Shown here piece by piece: positions 56,785 to 64,000 of a stretch of 64,000 bases of DNA (the first letter of the stretch is position 1; each line of letters begins with the position of its first letter). This stretch comes from a virus. Position numbers and translations under genes: made by a program. The stretch lies in IMG/VR virus record IMGVR_UViG_3300036768_001879, positions 3,441-67,440 of that record; one strand, 5' to 3'. The notes below the pieces were generated by a model. It was not told where the DNA came from, searched no databases, and worked only from the letters and a program-made list of their open reading frames with translations.

Positions 56785-57285
56785 ATGTTGCACAATCCAG
56801 CTTCAACAAGCAACTCGGTTCGCATCTTCAGACTTGAAGTCAGCGCCAACCCGTACTCGCCGGTCGCGTATGCGCCCGCCGCCGAACGCGCCCGCGTGGC
56901 CGCGCGCCGCAGCGAAGCCTTCAACCACATCCGGATCAATCCGGCAGCCGAACGGCGCACGCCGGAGCCGCGCCCCGCCGCGCTGCCCGTTGAATTCAGA
57001 GAGCAGGCTGAGAACGCCTTTGACGCCGCGCCCGCCACGACGCCGGAACGCGGGCTGAACGGCGTCAGGCCGAGCCGGGTAGCGGTGGCGCAGGCGCTGC
57101 GCCAGATCGCTCCGGCGCTCACGGGCGTGCGGCTGCTCGACCTGCTGGGCGTCAATCACAGCGGGCGCAGCTACCGGCGCTACGTTCACGGCACCGAAGG
57201 GCGCGCGTGGGCCGCGCGGTCGCACGAAGAACGCGCCGCAGCCGGATGGGTCGCCCTGCAGCTGCTCTCACAGGCCGGACTGTGA
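56785..57285 (+). CDS. hypothetical early protein
   Basis: AAAGGA RBS. Confidence 0.55.
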   Translation: MLHNPASTSNSVRIFRLEVSANPYSPVAYAPAAERARVAARRSEAFNHIRINPAAERRTPEPRPAALPVEFREQAENAFDAAPATTPERGLNGVRPSRVAVAQALRQIAPALTGVRLLDLLGVNHSGRSYRRYVHGTEGRAWAARSHEERAAAGWVALQLLSQAGL

Positions 57286-57321
57286 AGGCGCGGTCAACAA
57301 CACAGAAACAGGAGAACAGCC

Positions 57322-57972
57322 ATGACCAATACCAACGAATATGGAGCGCTGATCCGGGTGCCGGAGTGGGCGCTGCTCCTGATGCAGGAGCTTGAGCAGG
57401 CCGGCGCCTGGACGACCGGCATTGAACACGTCGGCTCGCGCGGCGGCTTTCAGGCCGTCAATATCGCCTGCTATGCTGCTGACGATGCGCGCGAGCTGGC
57501 CGTGGTGCAGGTGCGCGAAGCCTTCAAGCGCAAGGCTTCGCACTGGCTGCGCGTCAGGAAGAACTACTTCCTGATCGGGCGCAACGAGAACGGGCGCGCC
57601 TTTGCGCACGCCATTCCCTCGCCTCGTCGTTTCACTGCCGACGCCGTGGAATTTGCGCTGTGCAGCATCTGGAGATGCACGCCGCGCCAGCTTGAGCGCG
57701 TGGTGCGCAACGGCGACGTGGGCTTTGTTCCGGCGCGACGGCCCGCCGATCTTGAGCCGATTGACTTCCCGGTCGCGCTGGCCGAATCGCACCTGGTGCG
57801 CGGGCGGCTGTTCTTCTCGCCCTCGCGCGGCGAACTCTACGCCGAGGGCGAAGCCGAGATCCGGCACCTGAAGGAACAGCACGCACCGGCGCGCATCAGC
57901 AGCGGTTTTTATGCCGTGCGGGCAGGGTTCCGCGCGGCAACGTGGAACTTCAGCCGGCAGACGGCTGATTGA
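57322..57972 (+). CDS. hypothetical early protein
   Basis: AGGAG RBS, 216 aa. Confidence 0.65.
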   Translation: MTNTNEYGALIRVPEWALLLMQELEQAGAWTTGIEHVGSRGGFQAVNIACYAADDARELAVVQVREAFKRKASHWLRVRKNYFLIGRNENGRAFAHAIPSPRRFTADAVEFALCSIWRCTPRQLERVVRNGDVGFVPARRPADLEPIDFPVALAESHLVRGRLFFSPSRGELYAEGEAEIRHLKEQHAPARISSGFYAVRAGFRAATWNFSRQTAD

Positions 57973-57985
57973 AAGGAGAACGAAA

Positions 57986-58732
57986 ATGGCAATCGAATGG
58001 ACATGGAATGATGGCCTTAGCGCAAGAAGTCGTCTGTCCGCCTGTCTGGTCGTCACGGCAGACGGCGAGGTTCACCGATTTGTCGGGAAGGATATTCCGG
58101 GCACGGTGAAAATCTTGAACGAGAAGTTCGAGAAAAACGGTAAGTGGAGCAACACCACTTACTATTGCCTCAGCGCCGACGGCACAGCCGTCATCTCCTG
58201 GAAACAGGACTGGGAGAACGGCCTGTTCTGGCCGCAGTCAAGCTGGCAGGAAGCCATCGAGTGGGTGCGCTCGCAGGCCCCACTGGCTTCGCCCGCCAGC
58301 GTGGAAAGGCTCATCCGCGAGGAGTGGCCGAAAGCCGCTCAGAAATTCGACGAGAACGCGGCGGCGTTCTCGCAAATGAGCCAGCGCCCGACCCGGCAGC
58401 GCTACCTGCTGAACAGCGCGGTCATTACCGCGCCGGGCAGCTACGAATACGTCCTGCTGGATCAGGACGCGGCGCGCGACTGGCTGATGGACGGGGAGTT
58501 CATCAGCACCTGCGGGTACGCCGAGACGGCGCAGGTGCTGGAAACGTTGACCGGCGTACCTGTCCCGGTCAACCGCCAGACGATCCGGATGGAGCCGGGC
58601 GATGAGGCTCTGGTGTTCCGGCTGGCATTCCAGCCCGGCCAGGCGCGCATCAACCCGGGCGACAAGGGCGCGCTGACGCCCGAATTCGTGCGCGAGAACT
58701 GCGAGTTCGGAATCCTCAGACGAACCCGCTGA
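57986..58732 (+). CDS. fusion of an unknown N-terminal domain with a C-terminal DUF1874/AcrIII-1-like ring-nuclease domain
   Basis: YLLNS..FISTCGYAETAQVL..TGVPVPVNR..IRMEPGDEALVFRL matches the STIV B116/AcrIII-1 family pattern. Confidence 0.72.
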   Translation: MAIEWTWNDGLSARSRLSACLVVTADGEVHRFVGKDIPGTVKILNEKFEKNGKWSNTTYYCLSADGTAVISWKQDWENGLFWPQSSWQEAIEWVRSQAPLASPASVERLIREEWPKAAQKFDENAAAFSQMSQRPTRQRYLLNSAVITAPGSYEYVLLDQDAARDWLMDGEFISTCGYAETAQVLETLTGVPVPVNRQTIRMEPGDEALVFRLAFQPGQARINPGDKGALTPEFVRENCEFGILRRTR

Positions 58733-58820
58733 ACGCGCCGCTGACGGCTGGAAGTGGTTTCGGATTGCCCGTTTGTTGATTATAGTCAACAACGCGACGG
58801 GCAGACGAAACGGAGGCTGC

Positions 58821-59195
58821 ATGAAAACGGAACTGATGCCTGTCTTCGGACGCCACAGGGCGCTGCGCTGGGAGCGCGCGCCCTCGGGCGAACTGCTGAC
58901 GAACGTGCCGCACAGCGTCCGGCATCATTCGCCGGACGGCTTTGAGATCGGCTACGCCGGTTCAGGCCCGGCTGATCTGGCGCTCAACGCGCTGGCCAGC
59001 CTGTTTCCGGCGCGCCGGTCGCGCCAGTGCGTGGAGTGCTTTGACGGGCGCGTGAGCGCGACCGCCTGGCGGCTGCACCAGCAGTTCAAGTCTGATTTTC
59101 TGATCCGCGCCGACCGGCAGCGCGGCGAGATCGCCTGGGAGCGCATTCTCGCGTGGCTGGAACGGCACATCTTCGCCGGAGAAGAACGCTCATGA
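58821..59195 (+). CDS. DUF6166-like protein
   Basis: HHSPDGFEIGYAGSGPADLAL, HQQFK motifs. Confidence 0.75.
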   Translation: MKTELMPVFGRHRALRWERAPSGELLTNVPHSVRHHSPDGFEIGYAGSGPADLALNALASLFPARRSRQCVECFDGRVSATAWRLHQQFKSDFLIRADRQRGEIAWERILAWLERHIFAGEERS

Positions 59196-59458
59196 ACACC
59201 ATTCAGTACTTCGACTTCAAGCCTGACCCGGACGGAATCGAATGGATCAGGCTTGAGATCCTCTGCACTGCAGCTGAAGCCTTCGCGCTGCAGCAGTCCT
59301 ACTGCGATGCGCTGCTGGCGCGCGCCCGCACCACTGACAAAAAGGAACGCGCCCGCCAGCGCCTGAAGATGACCGCCGCCGTGCGCCATGCGCGCCGGAT
59401 TCAGGCTCCGCCGCGCGCGGTTGCCGCGCCGCCGCCGCAGGCGCGCCTCTCAAACTGA
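59192..59458 (+). CDS. hypothetical protein
   Basis: ATGA coupling. Confidence 0.5.
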   Translation: MNTIQYFDFKPDPDGIEWIRLEILCTAAEAFALQQSYCDALLARARTTDKKERARQRLKMTAAVRHARRIQAPPRAVAAPPPQARLSN

Positions 59459-59481
59459 CTGCCGGAAAGGAACGTCAATAT

Positions 59482-60984
59482 ATGATTGAACAGTACCGCA
59501 GAGCGCGGCGCGCCGGGACGCCGCTCATCGCCATCACTACGCCCGACCCGGAAGCCACGATGCAGGCGGTGGCGGGCGACGACCAGCAGCCCGTCATCCA
59601 GTGGGACATCTGCAACGGCTGGCGCGCCCGCAACGCTGCCGCTCAGACCGTGCTGCGCCAGATCAGCGCGGGCAACGATCTGCAGATGATGACCGCCAAC
59701 CCGGCTGAGATGGTCATGCTGGCTGCGCAACTGCCCGCGCAGACCACGCTCTTTGTTTTGAACGCGCACCGCTACCTGACCGCCGACAACACTCCGACCT
59801 CTGCCGGGTTCGCGCAGGGGCTGTGGAACCTGCGCGATCAGTACAAGGCGGCGGGCGCGGCGGTGGTGCTGCTCGCGCCGCAGCTGACGCTGCCCGTCGA
59901 ACTGCAGCAGGACGTGCTGGCGCTTGACGAGCCGCTGCCGGATGAAGCCGCGTTGCGCGCGGTCATCAGCGCGCTGTGCGAAAGCAACGAACTGCCCTGC
60001 CCTGACGCGGCCACGCTCGACCGCGCGGTGGATGCGCTGCGCGGGCTGGCGGCGTTTCCGGCTGAACAGGTCACGGCCATGTCGCTCGCGCGCAGCGGGC
60101 TGAAGGTGGACGAACTGTGGGAGCGCAAGCGGCAGATGATTGACGCCACGCCGGGTCTGGCGGTCTGGCGCGGCGGCGAAACGTTTGCCGACGTGGGCGG
60201 CTCGGCGGTGGTCAAGGACTTCCTGACGCGCATCCTGACTGGCCGGGCGCGTCCGCGCGTGATCGTCTTCATTGACGAGATCGAGAAGGCGATGGGAGGC
60301 GCGCAGGGCGACACATCGGGCGTCAGCCAGGACTTTCTCGGCACGCTGCTGACCGAGATGCAGGACACGCGCGCCGTTGGTTCAATCTTCATCGGCCCGC
60401 CCGGTTCAGGCAAGTCGGCGGTAGCGAAGGCGGCGGGCGCTGAGGGCGGCATCCCGACGATTGCGCTCGATCTGTCCGGAATGAAAGCCTCGCTGGTGGG
60501 CGAGAGCGAACAGCGGCTGCGCCAGGCGCTGAAGGTGATTCGCGCCGTGGGCAGCAATCAGGCGCTCTGGCTGGCGACGTGCAACCGAATCGCCTCGCTG
60601 CCGCCCGAACTGCGGCGGCGCTTCACGCTCGGCACGTTCTTCTTCGATCTGCCTTCGGAAGAGGAGCGCCGGGCGATCTGGGAAATCTATCTCAGAAAAT
60701 ACAACCTGCCAGCGCCCGAAGGCGTGAACGACGACGGCTGGACGGGCGCTGAGATCCGGCAGTGCTGCGACATTGCCTGGCGGCTCGATGTGCCGCTGCG
60801 CCAGGCAGCGCAGTTTGTTGTGCCGGTGGCGCGCGCGGCGGCTGAGGAGATCGAACAGCTGCGCCGTCAGGCGGCTGGCCGGTTTCTGTCGGCCTCCTTC
60901 CCCGGCACATACGAATACCAGACGAGCGCGCCCGCGCCAGCGGCTCGCTCAAACAAGAGCCGTTCAGTCGGCCTGGAGGATTAG
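59482..60984 (+). CDS. Ycf46-like AAA+ ATPase (internally permuted)
   Basis: ETFADVGG, FIDEIEK, GPPGSGKS, SLVGESE, ATCN..LPPELRRRF..FFDLP, WTGAEI. Confidence 0.85.
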   Translation: MIEQYRRARRAGTPLIAITTPDPEATMQAVAGDDQQPVIQWDICNGWRARNAAAQTVLRQISAGNDLQMMTANPAEMVMLAAQLPAQTTLFVLNAHRYLTADNTPTSAGFAQGLWNLRDQYKAAGAAVVLLAPQLTLPVELQQDVLALDEPLPDEAALRAVISALCESNELPCPDAATLDRAVDALRGLAAFPAEQVTAMSLARSGLKVDELWERKRQMIDATPGLAVWRGGETFADVGGSAVVKDFLTRILTGRARPRVIVFIDEIEKAMGGAQGDTSGVSQDFLGTLLTEMQDTRAVGSIFIGPPGSGKSAVAKAAGAEGGIPTIALDLSGMKASLVGESEQRLRQALKVIRAVGSNQALWLATCNRIASLPPELRRRFTLGTFFFDLPSEEERRAIWEIYLRKYNLPAPEGVNDDGWTGAEIRQCCDIAWRLDVPLRQAAQFVVPVARAAAEEIEQLRRQAAGRFLSASFPGTYEYQTSAPAPAARSNKSRSVGLED

Positions 60985-60987
60985 GTT

Positions 60988-61311
60988 ATGCCCTGCTGGG
61001 AACGCAGAGAGATCACGGTGCAGCTGGACGCGGCTGACCCGGCGCTGTTGCGCGCCGGGCTGCGGGCTGCCGGATTTGAACTCGAAGAGCGCGGCGACAC
61101 GCTCTACGTCAGGCGCGCCGGGCGCATCAGCATCGGCGCAGCGGCCCGCATCACGGGCGGGCAGGTGATCGTTGACGAAGCCGACCGGGAGATTGTCAAC
61201 GAGATCACACGCGCCTACAGCGCTGAAGTCGTCCGGGCAACGGCCCGGCGCTTCGGCTGGACGGCGCAGGAAACCGGGCCGAACCGGCTCAAACTGGGCA
61301 GGAGGTTCTGA
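60988..61311 (+). CDS. DUF1257/Ycf35-like protein
   Basis: [27 protein letters not shown]; adjacent to the Ycf46-like ATPase. Confidence 0.55.
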   Translation: MPCWERREITVQLDAADPALLRAGLRAAGFELEERGDTLYVRRAGRISIGAAARITGGQVIVDEADREIVNEITRAYSAEVVRATARRFGWTAQETGPNRLKLGRRF

Positions 61312-61568
61312 TGGCTGTCTGCAAATACTGCGGGCAGGAGATGCTCCGCGCGCCGACCTGTCATGCCAACACGGTCATTGAATATCCTGGCGGCGAAAAG
61401 CTCCCGGCTGTTCGCTGGGACGGCCCGGCAGCCGGCAGCTGTCCGGACTGCGCGGTCGAGCCGGGCGGTTTCCATCATCCGGGCTGCGACTGCGAACAAT
61501 GCCCGCGCTGCGGCGGGCAGCTGCTCAGTTGCGGGTGCCTTGACGAGGAGGAAGATGATGACGCCTGA
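61311..61568 (+). CDS. Cys/His-rich zinc-binding protein
   Basis: [27 protein letters not shown]. Confidence 0.7.
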   Translation: MAVCKYCGQEMLRAPTCHANTVIEYPGGEKLPAVRWDGPAAGSCPDCAVEPGGFHHPGCDCEQCPRCGGQLLSCGCLDEEEDDDA

Positions 61569-61845
61569 CGCGCCCCGCCCGGCTGACGACCGGATTGCGC
61601 AGCTTGAACGCAACCCGCATTTCCTGCAGATCGTGAACGAACTGGTCGCCGACCCGCAGCTGCTGGCGCGGCTTGAAGCCGGGGAACCGGACGTATTGCG
61701 GGAAGCCAGCAACCGTGCGGCAGATCACTTCCTGCTGCTCACGCTGCGCCAGCCCGCCTTCAACGAACTCGCTCGGCTGCTGAGCGATCTGGTCTACGAC
61801 CGGATCAGAAAGGAAAAACCTGATGATCGAAGTCATCGCCATTGA
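61555..61845 (+). CDS. hypothetical protein
   Basis: GAGGAGG RBS, coupled to previous gene. Confidence 0.5.
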   Translation: MMTPDAPRPADDRIAQLERNPHFLQIVNELVADPQLLARLEAGEPDVLREASNRAADHFLLLTLRQPAFNELARLLSDLVYDRIRKEKPDDRSHRH

Positions 61846-61956
61846 ACGCACCGTCTGCGCCTGCGCCGATGTGCAGGCAACAGTCGGCAGCCAGCGGTGA
61901 AGGGCGCTTTTTTATAAATCCGCCAGCGCAGGGCTGGCACAACCAGGGAGAAACTT

Positions 61957-62166
61957 ATGAACAGAGTTGAGAAATTCGCTCGCATGACTCAGCGCGCCGC
62001 TCATCTGAGGGCGTGCTGCCCGCCGGACAGCCTGCCCTCAGTGGGCTGGCGGCGCAAAATCCGGCCTGATCGTCGGCCCGCACATCAGCGCGTGGCTCGT
62101 CTCCGCGCGGGAGTGCATACCGCCAAACTGGAATTTTACCGGCAGCGTGTCAACCTGCCCAATTGA
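61957..62166 (+). CDS. hypothetical protein
   Basis: GGGAG RBS; weak support. Confidence 0.35.
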   Translation: MNRVEKFARMTQRAAHLRACCPPDSLPSVGWRRKIRPDRRPAHQRVARLRAGVHTAKLEFYRQRVNLPN

Positions 62167-62184
62167 CCGATAAGGAGAACAGAG

Positions 62185-62397
62185 ATGAACGAGAAATCAA
62201 TCACGGTGGAAATCCTGCCCGACGGGCGGGTGAAAGTCGAGACGGGCGACCTGTCCGGCCCGCAGCACATGAAGGCCGACCAGTTTCTGCGCGAGATGGC
62301 GCGACTGCTCGGCGGCGACGTGACCGTCGAGAAGCTCAACCACCACCACCACCATCACCACCATCACAATCACAATCACAACAAGCGCAAAAACTAA
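62185..62397 (+). CDS. DUF2997-like protein with poly-His tail
   Basis: ITVEILPDGRVKVET..LARLLGG; C-terminal HHHHHHHHHNHNHN. Confidence 0.65.
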   Translation: MNEKSITVEILPDGRVKVETGDLSGPQHMKADQFLREMARLLGGDVTVEKLNHHHHHHHHHNHNHNKRKN

Positions 62398-62425
62398 GCA
62401 ACCAGACCAGGCAGAAAGGAACGTT

Positions 62426-63376
62426 ATGTCCAGAGCCACCGACAAACAACTCGCTTCAGTACCCGCCACTGCCGCGCGCATCAATCAGGACACGGTCTGC
62501 ATTGATCTGCAGATCACTTCGCCGGGCGTCCGGCGCAAGCTCGATGTGAAGCGGCTCAACGTTGAGGCCGACCGCGAGATGATTCACGCGGGAAAAGACA
62601 TTATCGAATCGGCGGCGATGCAGCCGATCTGGAACCGCGACGGGCGCATGCGCGACCGGCTGAAATCGCGCGCCGTGCCGGTGTCAATGCTGCGGCCCGG
62701 CCTGTACCTGGTGCCGGTGCAGCTGATCCCGCAGATCGAGCGGGAGATGGAGCAGTACCAGAGCGAGCGCGAAGAACTGATTGACGCCTTCTTCGCGCGC
62801 TACCCGGAACTGATTGCAGCCGCGCGGGAGCGGCTTGAGCCGCAGGGGCTGTTCGATGCAGACGATTATCCGCCCGCTGAACAGCTGCGCCGCGCCTTCG
62901 CGGTCAGGCTGCGTTACCTGACTTTCAACGTTCCGGCAGCGCTCGAACAGGTCAACCGCAGGCTGTTCGAGCGCGAGCGCGAGCGCGCCGAGCGCGAATG
63001 GCAGGAAGCGGTCACGGAAATCCGCGAAGCGCTGCGGCTCGGCTTTGCCGACCTGGTCGGGAAGATGGTCAACCGGCTGGGCGAAACAAAGAACGGCACG
63101 CGCAAGGCGCTGCGCGACGACGCCCTGGAGGAGATGAACGACTTCCTGGCGATCTTCGAGGCGCGCAACCTGACCAACGACGCCGAACTGTCGCGGCTGG
63201 TGACGGCGGCGCGCAACGTGATGAACGGGCTGAGCGTGGACGCGCTGCGCGGCAAAAACAGCGCAGCGCTGCGCCAGGACGTGCGCCGCGACTTCGAGCA
63301 GCTGGGCGCGAAGCTGGAAACGCTCGTCAAACCTGCCGGTCGCCGGGTGCGCTTTGATGATGACGATGAACAGTAA
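62426..63376 (+). CDS. DUF3150-like protein
   Basis: GLYLVP, FFARYP, DDYPPAEQLRRAF, RNLTNDAEL. Confidence 0.6.
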   Translation: MSRATDKQLASVPATAARINQDTVCIDLQITSPGVRRKLDVKRLNVEADREMIHAGKDIIESAAMQPIWNRDGRMRDRLKSRAVPVSMLRPGLYLVPVQLIPQIEREMEQYQSEREELIDAFFARYPELIAAARERLEPQGLFDADDYPPAEQLRRAFAVRLRYLTFNVPAALEQVNRRLFERERERAEREWQEAVTEIREALRLGFADLVGKMVNRLGETKNGTRKALRDDALEEMNDFLAIFEARNLTNDAELSRLVTAARNVMNGLSVDALRGKNSAALRQDVRRDFEQLGAKLETLVKPAGRRVRFDDDDEQ

Positions 63377-63593
63377 ACCGGTAACAGCCGGGCCGGGCGG
63401 GTGCTGCGATACCCCGCCCGGCCTGACCGAACGCACGCGCCGCCGCTGGTTTGAACTGCGCCCGTCGCAGCGCCGGAGAATTCTGGTCGCGCTGCGGCGC
63501 TACGAAACCGCCTGCGCGATGCTTGATGTTGACCCTGACCGCGAGGAATGGGTTGCCGACGCCATTGCATGGCAGAAAGGACAGGACAGATGA
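63366..63593 (+). CDS. hypothetical protein
   Basis: Coupled ORF between the DUF3150-like and Rad52-like genes. Confidence 0.4.
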   Translation: MNSKPVTAGPGGCCDTPPGLTERTRRRWFELRPSQRRRILVALRRYETACAMLDVDPDREEWVADAIAWQKGQDR

Positions 63594-64000
63594 GTCAGAC
63601 ACAACCTCAAACCAAAGAAGCACCGGCCTTCCGCCGCCCGATCCGCGAGATCATTGCCGACCTGAGCAAGCCGATCCCTGACCGCTTTCTGAAGGAGAAG
63701 ACCATCAAGAACAGCAAGCTGACCTACATTCCGTGGCATTACGCCGTGAAGCTGCTTGACTGGTACGCGCCGGGCTGGTGCTATGAAGTGCGCGACATTA
63801 CGCCCATCGGCGGGCAGACGGTGCTGACCGTGCGGCTGACGATTCCGGCTGCGGAAGGCGACTTCTGGCGCGAGGCCACGGGCATCGAGGAAGACGAAGT
63901 GACCGGCTACGGGGACACTTCGAGCAACGCCGAATCAATGGCGCTGCGGCGCGCTGCGGCCAAGTTCGGGCTGGGGCTGTACCTCTACGAAAAGAAGTAA
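63590..64000 (+). CDS. Rad52/Rad22-family single-strand annealing protein
   Basis: LTYIPW..LLD..APGW, VRLTI, REATG, NAESMALRRAAAKFGLGLYLY. Confidence 0.85.
   Translation: MSQTQPQTKEAPAFRRPIREIIADLSKPIPDRFLKEKTIKNSKLTYIPWHYAVKLLDWYAPGWCYEVRDITPIGGQTVLTVRLTIPAAEGDFWREATGIEEDEVTGYGDTSSNAESMALRRAAAKFGLGLYLYEKK

Noticed and set aside
1-64000. Integrase, att site, tRNA, DNA polymerase, terminal repeats, host assignment
   Set aside because: None recognisable by eye; the genome may extend beyond the window, and the host cannot be supported without a database search

Overview
GC-rich (long-tailed, lambda/Mu-like head) dsDNA bacteriophage genome or near-complete prophage, almost entirely on the + strand. 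Order: replication/middle genes (1-14 kb: replication initiator with internal iterons, Prim-Pol/SF4 helicase, RNase HI, ParB, RuvC-like, two Lar, DUF5131), holin/spanin-like genes (14.1-15.0 kb), a translationally coupled DNA-hypermodification operon (15.0-21.5 kb: ParB-like, TET/JBP dioxygenase, amino-acid:DNA transferase, FAD oxidoreductase, P-loop kinase, TET-associated glycosyltransferase, NTase-HAD-kinase fusion), terminases, endolysin, a 1784-aa adhesin, head and tail genes (21.5-54.3 kb), a divergent switch with a small HTH gene (54.4-55.2 kb), then an early operon. The early operon starts with a ~660-nt non-coding leader that carries about nine hairpin-TAACAAGTAG repeats and ends in a complete type II hammerhead ribozyme. 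It goes on to an AcrIII-1/DUF1874-like fusion, an internally permuted AAA+ ATPase with DUF1257/DUF2997/DUF3150-like partners, and a Rad52-like annealase. No integrase, DNA polymerase, tRNA, cas gene or reverse transcriptase was seen. All family assignments come from motif recognition by eye; no database search was run.
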